In this document: piece after piece, positions 45,297 to 54,479 of the stretch
Layout: each line of letters opens with the position of its first letter
Numbering within the stretch: the first letter of the stretch is position 1
NCBI GenBank assembly: GCA_007376385.1
Contig: VMGC01000002.1
Span: 96,001 to 160,000 of the forward strand
DNA: 64,000 nt
Direction: 5' to 3'
Source: Parcubacteria group bacterium Gr01-1014_8
GTDB lineage: Bacteria; Patescibacteriota; Minisyncoccia; Phycocordibacterales; UBA2100
The notes under the pieces: generated by a model
What the model was told of the DNA's origin: nothing
The model's database searches: none
Seen by the model: the letters and a program-made list of their open reading frames with translations, nothing else
Made by a program: the position numbers and the translations under genes

Positions 45297-47522
45297 ATGA
45301 GGCATATATTCTTAATCGTGCTTGCTGTCGCTTTTGCTGTATCTCTTGCAGCTTCAGTTTTTACGTTGATGCAAGTGAACAAAGAGACAGATGAGTTGTC
45401 GAAGAAGCTCAGGGAGAGGACGCTGCTTCTTGCGGATGGTCTTGCAGAGTCCGCGGCTCCTGCGTACGCGCGATATGCCACGAGTACGCTGGAAAAGTTG
45501 GCGAACACCTTTACGAATCGCGAGCGTCTCATCGGCCTTGCATTTTATGACACGCGCGGTAATAAAATTGCCGGTTCGAGCGGCGTCACAGATGAAATGC
45601 TGAAAAATGCGCCGATTCTCGATACATTCAATAGCACCGAGCCTGACGACGCTTTTGCAATTACCGAAGGGACGAGAAAATATTATTTCGCGCAACCACT
45701 CCACTCTGACGATGCCTATATTGGCTCGCTTGTACTTGTGCAGGATGCCAGTGATATCGATGTGGCAATGAGCAGGATATGGCGAGACACATTTCTGAAA
45801 CTTTTCGTATATTTTCTCCTTTTTGCCGTCGCCATCGCAGCCCTTGTCTACTTTGTGCTTTTCAAACCGCTATCGAATTTAGCTGAATCTATCCGCCAGG
45901 CGCGAATGAATAAAGATGCGCGTGCTCCTCAACCCTCGCACCACAATTTTTTTCTGCAACCTCTTGCGATGGAAGTCTCGAAACTTGCGTCTTCACTCGC
46001 GCAGGCACGAACTGCTGCAAGCGAAGAGGCGCGTATGCGCCTTGAAAAGATTGACACCCCTTGGACGGAGGAGAGGCTAAAGGAATTCATAAAGGCGTAT
46101 CTCAAGGATAGGCCTATCTATGTCGTTTCGAATCGAGAGCCCTACATACACTCCAAGGATCGCGGAGAGGTCACCTACTCGGTGCCTGCGAGCGGCATGG
46201 TGACAGCGCTTGAGTCTGTCATGGCGGCCTGCGGAGGGGAATGGCTCGCTCATGGCAGCGGAAATGCTGACAAAGAAATGGTCGATGCGGAGAGCAAGAT
46301 CCGTGTCCCACCAGATGAGCCGAAATATACCTTGAAGCGTATTTGGCTGAATCCAAAAGAGGTCAAGGGCTATTATGTCGGTTTCTCGAACGAGGCTCTG
46401 TGGCCGCTGTGTCATATAGCGCATACGAGGCCGACCTTCAGAAAGGAAGACTGGCTGATGTACAAGCGCGTGAACGGCAAGTTTGCTGAGGCGCTTCTTG
46501 CGGAATTAAAAGGCGTCGAGCGCCCCATAGTGTTGATACAAGATTTTCATCTTTCTCTTTTGCCGCGGATGATAAAGGAGTCGCGTCCGGACGCACAGGT
46601 CGGTCTTTTTTGGCACATACCCTGGCCGTCCGCAGAAGGCTTCAGTATCTGTCCTTGGAGAAAAGAGATACTGCAGGGAATGCTCGGCGCGGATATAATC
46701 GGTTTTCATACGCAGCAGTTCTGCAATAATTTCCTCGAAACTGTCGGAAAAGAGATCGAATCGCTTATCGATCTGGAGCAATTTGCTGTTACGAGCGATG
46801 AGCACACATCATTCATCAAGCCATTTCCTATAAGTATTTCGTTCACTGACGCAATGGAGGGAAAGACGTCGATAGCGCCTGATCGCGCTGCTCTTGAAGC
46901 GATGGACATTCGAACAGAGTTCGTCGGACTTGGCGTGGACAGGCTCGACTATACGAAGGGAATTCTTGAGCGATTCAGAGGGATCGAATTTTTTCTTGAC
47001 GCTCATCCGGATTTTTATAAACGATTTACGTTCTTGCAGGTCGCACCTCCGAGCCGCGAGGAATCGGAAAAGTATCGGGATTATGCAGTTGCCGTCGAGG
47101 CAGAAGCAGCCCGAGTGAATGCAAAATTCAGAAAGAATGGATGGCAGCCCATTCGTTTTGAAAAAAGGCATTTTTCGCACTCGGAACTTGTGCCGCTCTA
47201 CCAAACAGCGAACTTTTGTCTTGTGACATCTCTGCACGACGGCATGAACTTGGTCGCCAAAGAATACGTGGCAGCAAGAGATGATGAAGCAGGAGCCCTC
47301 ATCTTGAGCAAATTCACCGGCGCTTCTCGCGATTTCAATCGCGGTGCGCTTATCGTCAATCCCTATAGCGCCGAAGAGGTCTCGGAAGCTATCCACCGTG
47401 CTCTCGTCATGCCCGCCACTGAGCAGCATCGTAGAATGAGATCCATGCGAACATCAATACGAGACTACAATGTGTATCGCTGGGCGGCTGAATTTATAAA
47501 AGCAGTTGCAGCGCTCCGATAA
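45297..47522 (+). CDS. otsA: trehalose-6-phosphate synthase-like glycosyltransferase (GT20) fused to an N-terminal two-TM sensor-like domain
   Basis: C-terminal 480 aa match the OtsA core (PIYVVSNREPY...WHIPWPS...DIIGFHT...). N-terminal 250 aa have TM1 - ~150-aa extracytoplasmic domain - TM2 - coiled linker. Confidence 0.75.
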   Translation: MRHIFLIVLAVAFAVSLAASVFTLMQVNKETDELSKKLRERTLLLADGLAESAAPAYARYATSTLEKLANTFTNRERLIGLAFYDTRGNKIAGSSGVTDEMLKNAPILDTFNSTEPDDAFAITEGTRKYYFAQPLHSDDAYIGSLVLVQDASDIDVAMSRIWRDTFLKLFVYFLLFAVAIAALVYFVLFKPLSNLAESIRQARMNKDARAPQPSHHNFFLQPLAMEVSKLASSLAQARTAASEEARMRLEKIDTPWTEERLKEFIKAYLKDRPIYVVSNREPYIHSKDRGEVTYSVPASGMVTALESVMAACGGEWLAHGSGNADKEMVDAESKIRVPPDEPKYTLKRIWLNPKEVKGYYVGFSNEALWPLCHIAHTRPTFRKEDWLMYKRVNGKFAEALLAELKGVERPIVLIQDFHLSLLPRMIKESRPDAQVGLFWHIPWPSAEGFSICPWRKEILQGMLGADIIGFHTQQFCNNFLETVGKEIESLIDLEQFAVTSDEHTSFIKPFPISISFTDAMEGKTSIAPDRAALEAMDIRTEFVGLGVDRLDYTKGILERFRGIEFFLDAHPDFYKRFTFLQVAPPSREESEKYRDYAVAVEAEAARVNAKFRKNGWQPIRFEKRHFSHSELVPLYQTANFCLVTSLHDGMNLVAKEYVAARDDEAGALILSKFTGASRDFNRGALIVNPYSAEEVSEAIHRALVMPATEQHRRMRSMRTSIRDYNVYRWAAEFIKAVAALR

Positions 47523-47523
47523 T

Positions 47524-48300
47524 ATGAGGTATTCCGAGTCGGTGCTTCCGGTGATGAGGGCGATCAGAGACATGCTTCTCCCAGAGTGGGGCGTCGCGAA
47601 AGCCGTCCATCAAAAAACAGCGTCCTCATGGAGCGTCGTTACGGCGCTCGATATCGAAATAGAAAAATTTGTGAGCGCCGAATTGGCGCATCTCCACCCT
47701 GATATTGAATTTGTCGGAGAAGAGCAAGGGGGGAATAGAAGTGCGAAGAAATTCTGGTTGATGGACCCGATAGACGGAACGGCTCACTTTATCCGCGGCC
47801 TGCCGTTCTGCACGTCGATGCTTGCATTGGTCGACAGAGGGCATGTCGTTTTTTCTGCCATATACGATTTTATACACGACGAAATGTATTTTGCTGATAA
47901 GGGGAAAGGAGCGTTCTGCAACGAAAAGAAGCTTTCAGTGAGTTCGCGAACGTTAAAAGATTCTTTCGTCTCGTTCGAGACGGATATTGCAATCGAGAAG
48001 AATGCTAATTTGCGACAAAAAATGCTCTCGCAAACGAACGTAATGACGACATTTTGTGCAGGCTGGGAATTTGCAATGGTCGCATCAGGAAAAATTGATG
48101 CGCGAATATGTCTCGACCCGTTTGGCCAAGATTATGATTTCGCTCCTGGTACGCTATTGGTAATGGAAGCAGGAGGCGTCGTCACGAACCTTGATTCGCA
48201 CGAATTTGACTATACGAATTTGGATCTCATCGCAGCAAATCCGCTTGTGTATAAAGACCTTACGGAGGGAGAATCAGCATTATTCCCTCTCGGGCGCTAG
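47524..48300 (+). CDS. inositol-monophosphatase-family phosphatase
   Basis: WLMDPIDGTAHFIRG and WEFAMVASG motifs. Confidence 0.75.
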   Translation: MRYSESVLPVMRAIRDMLLPEWGVAKAVHQKTASSWSVVTALDIEIEKFVSAELAHLHPDIEFVGEEQGGNRSAKKFWLMDPIDGTAHFIRGLPFCTSMLALVDRGHVVFSAIYDFIHDEMYFADKGKGAFCNEKKLSVSSRTLKDSFVSFETDIAIEKNANLRQKMLSQTNVMTTFCAGWEFAMVASGKIDARICLDPFGQDYDFAPGTLLVMEAGGVVTNLDSHEFDYTNLDLIAANPLVYKDLTEGESALFPLGR

Positions 48301-48409
48301 CTATAGAGGGATGTGGACAATTGATTAACTTCTCTGCCTGCAGGGGACTATACTTGCAGGAAGGGTCGATTATACATATTCACTCTATTTTTATATGAAG
48401 TGGTTACAC

Positions 48410-48613
48410 ATGGTCTCCTATATCCTCGTATTTGCTGGAAGCTTGAACTGGCTGCTTTTGGCGCTTACTGGATGGGAAATAGGCTCTCTGTTCGGAGGTA
48501 TGACAGCTCCAATATCGCAGGTGGTCTATGTGCTAGTTGGACTTGCAGCCATCTATCTCATCGCGACCCATAGGAAATACTGCAAAGAGTGCGCAGCAGG
48601 TGCGCCAATGTGA
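48410..48613 (+). CDS. DUF378-family small membrane protein
   Basis: Two TM helices with the NWLLL..G pattern. Confidence 0.55.
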   Translation: MVSYILVFAGSLNWLLLALTGWEIGSLFGGMTAPISQVVYVLVGLAAIYLIATHRKYCKECAAGAPM

Positions 48614-48808
48614 AGCTAGCCACCGCCGTTCGCGACGGTGTACTGGGGCTGGCTTGCTGATAACGTGTCTCTCTGCCGACTTGAGATCAATCTTTGCCAC
48701 CTCACCGTAGTTTGGCGGCAATTCCAGATTATGAAGAGCGTGCGCGGTGGGCCCAAACCAAAACGCTCGAGGAAACTCGGGCGTTTTGCATGCTAAAGTT
48801 TCAAGAAT

Positions 48809-49243
48809 ATGGAAGACAGGCCCTTTGTCGGTATTGGCGTAACGATACTTAAAGATGGAAAAATTCTCCTCGGCAAAAGAGTATCAACGTATGGGACCGG
48901 AGAATATCAAACGCCTGGCGGACATCTTGAGCCTAAAGAAGCTTTTGAGGCATGTGCGCGGCGAGAAACCTTGGAGGAGTGCGGACTCGAAATAGGCTCA
49001 ATCCGTTTTCAATTTGTAGCAAATGCCGTAGGGTATGGTCTCGTGCATTACGTTCATATTGGTTTGATAACGGAATGGAAGGCAGGTGAACCTAAAAATC
49101 TTGAACCTACAAAATGCGAAGGATGGGATTGGTACTCTCTTGACGCATTGCCGGAGCCTCTTTTTGTATACACGAAATGGTCTATAGAGGCACATCAAAC
49201 AGGACTCAATTATTTCGATAGTGAGGCCCGACCAGCGAAATAA
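48809..49243 (+). CDS. NUDIX hydrolase
   Basis: Nudix box G.LEPKEAFEACARRETLEECGL. Confidence 0.75.
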   Translation: MEDRPFVGIGVTILKDGKILLGKRVSTYGTGEYQTPGGHLEPKEAFEACARRETLEECGLEIGSIRFQFVANAVGYGLVHYVHIGLITEWKAGEPKNLEPTKCEGWDWYSLDALPEPLFVYTKWSIEAHQTGLNYFDSEARPAK

Positions 49244-49244
49244 A

Positions 49245-49375
49245 GGTTCCTCGGAGCTTGCTCCGAGGTATTATGGAGCTCGCTTCGCTCGCGCAGTCTC
49301 GCAGCAGAGCTGCGAGGTATTGAACCTGTGTTTGCTCCTCGGCACGGAAATGCAACAGAGTACTTTTGCATTTCT
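49245..49375 (+). repeat. hairpin-rich intergenic repeat element (related copy, opposite orientation, at 62619-62683)
   Basis: CCTCGGAGC-TTG-GCTCCGAGG 9-bp palindrome plus about 60 nt shared with the 62.6-kb copy; a 48-nt extra segment bounded by the 7-nt direct repeat GAGGTAT; trailing 9-bp hairpin GAAATGCAA/TTGCATTTC. Confidence 0.5.
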
Positions 49376-49447
49376 CTCGCAATGCTCGCAAATAAAATGT
49401 GAAGGCATCTTGACTCGATTTCGTGCACGGGTAGAGTATGGGGGTTC

Positions 49448-49642
49448 ATGAACGTCTCAAATAATGTACAGAAATTGCGTATGAATCGTGATCTCACGCA
49501 AGAAGCGCTGGCGGATAAGGTTGGTGTTTCGCGCCAAACGATTATTTCTATAGAGAAGGGGAATTACACACCCTCAGTCTTGCTTGCTTTGAAGATCGCA
49601 CGCATATTTAAAGTGCCTGTTGAGGACGTCTTTTACCTATGA
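49448..49642 (+). CDS. XRE-family HTH transcriptional regulator
   Basis: LTQEALADKVGVSRQTIISIEKG. Confidence 0.8.
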   Translation: MNVSNNVQKLRMNRDLTQEALADKVGVSRQTIISIEKGNYTPSVLLALKIARIFKVPVEDVFYL

Positions 49643-50001
49643 ATTCACTTTTCATTCAGGTTGGTGTTGCTGTCGTTTTCATCGGGCTCCTCGTTGGACT
49701 TACCGATCCTTTTATGTACTGGATGCCCGATATGGCGGCATTAGTGGTACTCGTCGTCGCAGCTGCTCTTTCGGCGACGTGGGTAGGATTTGTTGCTCTT
49801 GAACAGAGGGGAGACGAACGTGAGGCGGGTCACCGACAATTTGCAGGACGTGCGGCGTACCTCTCAGGTATCGCGATACTAACGATCGCGTTGGTTGTTC
49901 AAGGCTTAGCGCACGTTATTGACTCCTGGATTTCGATGGCACTTGGTGCAATGGTTGTTGTGAAGCTTGTAGCTCGCTGGTTTGCGGATCGTTTTTACTA
50001 A
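49639..50001 (+). CDS. membrane protein co-transcribed with the XRE regulator
   Basis: 4-nt overlap; 3-4 TM helices. Confidence 0.5.
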   Translation: MNSLFIQVGVAVVFIGLLVGLTDPFMYWMPDMAALVVLVVAAALSATWVGFVALEQRGDEREAGHRQFAGRAAYLSGIAILTIALVVQGLAHVIDSWISMALGAMVVVKLVARWFADRFY

Positions 50002-50109
50002 ATTGGACACCGCGGCTATCCACATGTGCAATGTTAAGTGCACTTTACATATCACGATTTGTATATACACTATTCGTAATTAATCGAAATTCAGAAATAA
50101 CGTAACGTT

Positions 50110-50679
50110 ATGCAATACGGAATTATTGGTCTCATTGTGCTGGCAGTTCTTGGGGGAGGTTTCTATGTTTTTCTAGGCTCATCGCAGGATACGGCAATGG
50201 TGGAGAAAGAAAAGATGGAGAAGGATGCAATGATGCAGCAAGAGGTAATGGAAATGGAAAAGAAAGCTACGATGGAAAAGGAAGCAATGGAAAAAGAAGT
50301 AATGATGAAGGAAGAGGCGATGAAAAAAGATGACTCGATGATGGAGAAAGGTGATGCAATGATGGCGCACGGAGGCACCTATGAGGCGTATGCTCCTGAA
50401 AAGATCTCATGGGCAAAAGATGGTGACGTTGTTCTATTTTTCCGCGCATCGTGGTGCCCAACCTGCAGGGCAGTTGATGCGGACATTCGCTCGCATCTCT
50501 CCTCAATACCTAAGGATCTAACCATTCTCGACGTGAATTACGATAACTCGTCAGCACTGAAACAAAAATACGGCGTGACCTACCAGCACACCTTTGTGCA
50601 AGTGGATGCTTCGGGAAATCAGATCACGAAATGGAGTGGAAGCCCAACTCTTGCGGCACTTGTTTCTAATGTAAAATAG
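50110..50679 (+). CDS. membrane-anchored thioredoxin-fold protein with Met/Glu/Lys-rich repeat region
   Basis: WCPTC active site; about 55 aa of MEKEAM-type repeats after the N-terminal TM. Confidence 0.65.
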   Translation: MQYGIIGLIVLAVLGGGFYVFLGSSQDTAMVEKEKMEKDAMMQQEVMEMEKKATMEKEAMEKEVMMKEEAMKKDDSMMEKGDAMMAHGGTYEAYAPEKISWAKDGDVVLFFRASWCPTCRAVDADIRSHLSSIPKDLTILDVNYDNSSALKQKYGVTYQHTFVQVDASGNQITKWSGSPTLAALVSNVK

Positions 50680-50683
50680 AAAC

Positions 50684-52450
50684 ATGGTTTTGCTCATCCT
50701 CTCGTTCGTAGCAGGTGTACTAACAGTACTTGCACCTTGTATACTTCCGCTTCTGCCCGTCATCATTGGCGGCTCACTTGATCCGATGCGACACGTGCGT
50801 TTAAAGCATGCCACAACGGTTGTGCTTTCGCTCGGTGTTTCCGTTATTGTCTTTACGTTTCTTTTGAAAGTGAGCACTGCTCTTATATCTGTCCCGCCGC
50901 AGGTTTGGACGTATCTTTCGGGAGGCATTGTCTTTTTTTTCGGATTGACCTTACTTTTTCCCGGACTCTGGGAACATGTGCCGTTCATCGCAAAACTTAG
51001 CAGCCGTTCGAACCGGCTGGTTTCGACTGGCTATCAGAGGAAGAGTTTTTGGGGAGACATTTTGATAGGCGCAGCACTCGGACCGGTATTTGCGACGTGT
51101 TCTCCCACATATTTCATAGTTCTCGCGACAGTATTGCCGCAAAGTCCTGTCCTCGGCTTTGTGTATGTATTGGCGTACGTTCTCGGACTTTGTCTGATGT
51201 TGCTTCTTATCGGTATCGTCGGCCAGCGTCTTGCGGATAGCCTCGGATTTGCTTCTGATCCGCACGGAAGTTTCAAGCGCATACTTGGCGTCATATTCAT
51301 GATAGTCGGGCTCGTGATCATTATGGGCTTCGATAAGAAATTTCAGATCAAGCTATTGGAGTGGGGTATATTCGATATTACCAAAGTGGAGCAGCGGCTG
51401 TTGCAACTCACTGATCCGAATGCAAAAGGACTTGTTCCGAGCCAATCCATTGCCATTTTGGATGAAGAAATGCGCATCGCGCAGAAAGAGAGGCTGTACG
51501 AACGAGCGCCAGAAATTCAAAATCCCGCTGGCTATGTGAACACTGGCGGCAGACCTGTCACCATCGGTGAATTCCGCGGGAAAAAAGTCGTGCTTCTCGA
51601 CATTTGGACCTACAGCTGCATAAATTGCCAGAGAACCATTCCCTACCTTAAGGCATGGCACGAGACGTACAATGATCAAGGATTACAGATAATCGGTATA
51701 CATACGCCGGAATTTGCGTTCGAGAAGGACGCAAAGAATGTCGAATGGGCAGTTCGGCAATTCGGGATCACGTATCCAAGTGTTCTGGATAACGATTATG
51801 AGACGTGGAAAGCACTCGGTAATAATTACTGGCCGCGAAAATATCTCGTGGACATCGATGGGTTCATTGTATACGACCATATTGGTGAGGGAAATTACGA
51901 GGAAACTGAAGCAGCGATCCAGAGGGCTCTGCAGGAGAGGGCGATGGTGGTGGGTAGTGAAATGCCTGGTAAAAAGATCGTCGCGGAAGAGATCCCTCAA
52001 GCTGATCTATCGGGAGTGCGTTCGCCGGAAACGTATTTTGGAGCTTTGCGAAACGAGAGTTTAGCCAATGGTGATCCGCAGACCATCGGTGTTGAAACGT
52101 ATATACTGCCAGAAAATATCATAGGAAATGCGCTCTATCTGGAAGGGATATGGGATTTGACCCCGGAATACGCGGGATCGAAGGGAAGGACAAAGATAGT
52201 CTACAAATATAATTCGCGGGATGTATACCTTGTGGCGAGTAGCGACAAAGGAGTGAAAATAACTGTCCTTCGAGATGGGAAGCCCGTTGGCGAATTTGCG
52301 GGTGCAGATATTGACCAGACAACAAGCACCGGGACGATCAAAGAAAACAAGCTGTACAAATTGGTGCATGACGATGAGCCAGGACAACATCTACTTGAAA
52401 TAGTCATAGAAGGCGAGGGGGTAAAGGCGTACGCGTTCACATTCGGTTGA
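50684..52450 (+). CDS. DipZ-like protein: CcdA/DsbD transmembrane domain + thioredoxin (CINC) + C-terminal beta-rich domain
   Basis: CcdA-type TM core with two conserved Cys-containing helices; LLDIWTYSCINCQRT Trx motif; about 200-aa C-terminal domain. Confidence 0.75.
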   Translation: MVLLILSFVAGVLTVLAPCILPLLPVIIGGSLDPMRHVRLKHATTVVLSLGVSVIVFTFLLKVSTALISVPPQVWTYLSGGIVFFFGLTLLFPGLWEHVPFIAKLSSRSNRLVSTGYQRKSFWGDILIGAALGPVFATCSPTYFIVLATVLPQSPVLGFVYVLAYVLGLCLMLLLIGIVGQRLADSLGFASDPHGSFKRILGVIFMIVGLVIIMGFDKKFQIKLLEWGIFDITKVEQRLLQLTDPNAKGLVPSQSIAILDEEMRIAQKERLYERAPEIQNPAGYVNTGGRPVTIGEFRGKKVVLLDIWTYSCINCQRTIPYLKAWHETYNDQGLQIIGIHTPEFAFEKDAKNVEWAVRQFGITYPSVLDNDYETWKALGNNYWPRKYLVDIDGFIVYDHIGEGNYEETEAAIQRALQERAMVVGSEMPGKKIVAEEIPQADLSGVRSPETYFGALRNESLANGDPQTIGVETYILPENIIGNALYLEGIWDLTPEYAGSKGRTKIVYKYNSRDVYLVASSDKGVKITVLRDGKPVGEFAGADIDQTTSTGTIKENKLYKLVHDDEPGQHLLEIVIEGEGVKAYAFTFG

Positions 52451-52508
52451 AAAAGTCTGCAGCGCGATCGAAAAAGTGTCTAGTTGAATATTGCTATAAT
52501 GAGTTCAC

Positions 52509-54464
52509 ATGGAATCCGCACGAGCCGAGAAAATACAAAAATCACAAGATGCCGATCTGTCAACTCAACCTGCAGCGGAACCTAAGTCAGTCGGAGATGA
52601 TCAATCTGGCATAGATACGGCTCGAAATGAGGAGGAAAGGAATCGTGAAGAACGAGTTCAGCGAGCCGAGACAATGTCCAAGATGTTGGATGTGTACGTG
52701 GCGAACAGAACTCCATCGTTAGTAGAGGAGGCCCTTAAAGGGATGCCAGAAACAGAGGTCGCTGTAAGAGAGGCGCGTGCGCAAGAAGTCAAAGAGCAGT
52801 CCGAAAGAATAAAGCAATTTTTCGTCAGTGTTGACGCTGGGAAAAGAGAGGAAACGCCGCTAACAAGAATGGCTCAAATTTATGAGTATCTTGATGCTCC
52901 GGAAAATCCTAGCGAACAAGCTGAATTTGAGACTGCGATGTCAGCTCATATGCAAGAATTAGTGGAACGTGCGTTTGATCAGCACCTAGACAACCCTGAG
53001 CAGTATGTGTCTCATGGATTCGATCATTCCCTCAACGTTGCCGATTATGCCAAAAATATAATTGATTTGAATGATGTAATTGTCGACCAGACCGCCCAGA
53101 AATACGGCATAAGTGCGAAGGAGGCAAAATTTATGCTGGAAAATGTTGCACTTTTTCACGACTGCGGCTACCCTCATGTTGGCGCAAAGGCAAAAGCTGT
53201 GCACGGCATTGCCGGTGCAGATCTTATCTCGACCCCGAAAATGCAGGGAATATTTCGGAATCTCATTAGGACCCCGGAGGCTAATTTGGACCTGCTTAGC
53301 CACGATCTGAGGGATTCAATACTTTTCCATTCAGCGGATAAAGTTGAGAATCAATTTTCAGCAAAAATACGGACTACACGCGGGACCTTTTTGTCGGAAG
53401 GTAGGGACGTGTATACGGTCATATCAACTTTTAATGATCCCTCGGAGAATCCGGTTGGAGTTGCGCGAGATATTTTGGAGATTGAGGTTGCTGATGAAGA
53501 AACAAAATTGGACATCGAAGCGCAACTTGCATTGGCGGCCGCTGATACAGCAAGAAAAACAGGTCTGCCACCCGAATCAATTCCGGTTACTGTAGGAGGC
53601 TCCCGATTTAAGGGCAGATACACAGATCTTGCGAGGGCGAAGGATAATCGTTTGGGTTTGGAGTACTCAGAAATCGATGCTTTGCAGACACCATTGCATG
53701 CGATCATTCGATTGGCAGACAATATGGACATGCGCCGCAATCGATTTTCTGCTGTACAGAGGGAGCCAGCGTTTCGTGCAACCTATCAAGCGTTTAGCGA
53801 TGGGGGACAGACGAGCAGAGCCCTTGTAACTTTAGAGGCCGAAAGTAAATTATTCAAAGGTCGCTTGGCAAGTGCGGGTTCAGAGACAGAAAAAGCTCAG
53901 CTTCTGGCAGACTCACCGCAGCTCGTTCAGTCGCAGTTTCAAGCGCTACTGGCGGAAAATCAAAACCTTGTAACAGTCACAACGGAAGAAATAGCGTCGT
54001 TGCAGCAACCTTCAGACGCGGAGAAACTTTGGAGAAAAGGCATAGCGGAACGGATCATCAACAGCGAAGATCAGGTGTTATCGCCGGAGAATAAAAGAAA
54101 AATAATGAGCATGGCTCTTGCGCAAGATTCACAGGGAATGCGGCATTTTGGCGGTTGCGAAGCGGTAACAGATGTCCGAATGGAACGTTTCGGTGAGCGC
54201 GGAGCTGAAGTTTCAATTGTCGTTGTTACAGCAGATAGGGGGCAATTTGAACAGCTCAATCGCACGCGTGTTCAGGATTCAAGCCTCGATAAAGAGGGGA
54301 ACGTCAGCACTGTCGAGCTTGGCATAGGTGAGTATCAAATTTGGCGCGCGCGTGAGGCTTACAAAAGTATCTCGGTTGGTGGGAAAAAGATCGGCATAAG
54401 GGTTCAGGACGAGAATGGCTTGGAACTCCAAACGACTTTTGAACAATTTAGAGAGGAGAAATAG
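52509..54464 (+). CDS. large hypothetical protein with central HD-like motif
   Basis: VSHGFDHSLNVADYAKN...ALFHDCGYPHVG; acidic, coiled-coil-rich N-terminus; 651 aa. Confidence 0.5.
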   Translation: MESARAEKIQKSQDADLSTQPAAEPKSVGDDQSGIDTARNEEERNREERVQRAETMSKMLDVYVANRTPSLVEEALKGMPETEVAVREARAQEVKEQSERIKQFFVSVDAGKREETPLTRMAQIYEYLDAPENPSEQAEFETAMSAHMQELVERAFDQHLDNPEQYVSHGFDHSLNVADYAKNIIDLNDVIVDQTAQKYGISAKEAKFMLENVALFHDCGYPHVGAKAKAVHGIAGADLISTPKMQGIFRNLIRTPEANLDLLSHDLRDSILFHSADKVENQFSAKIRTTRGTFLSEGRDVYTVISTFNDPSENPVGVARDILEIEVADEETKLDIEAQLALAAADTARKTGLPPESIPVTVGGSRFKGRYTDLARAKDNRLGLEYSEIDALQTPLHAIIRLADNMDMRRNRFSAVQREPAFRATYQAFSDGGQTSRALVTLEAESKLFKGRLASAGSETEKAQLLADSPQLVQSQFQALLAENQNLVTVTTEEIASLQQPSDAEKLWRKGIAERIINSEDQVLSPENKRKIMSMALAQDSQGMRHFGGCEAVTDVRMERFGERGAEVSIVVVTADRGQFEQLNRTRVQDSSLDKEGNVSTVELGIGEYQIWRAREAYKSISVGGKKIGIRVQDENGLELQTTFEQFREEK

Positions 54465-54479
54465 CGTACGCATAAAAGC

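Noticed and set aside
46809-47429. Long antisense ORFs inside otsA, topA (11710..12054, 12164..12535), thrA (37204..37779), nirK and others
   Set aside because: They are embedded antisense to strongly supported conserved genes, with low-complexity Arg/Ser/Cys-rich translations; typical shadow ORFs.
49221-49451. 76-aa ORF MRPDQRNKGSSELAPRYYG...
   Set aside because: It is encoded by the hairpin-rich repeat element; the same GSSE.APRY peptide arises from the other copy in reverse orientation. This is an artefact of the repeat.
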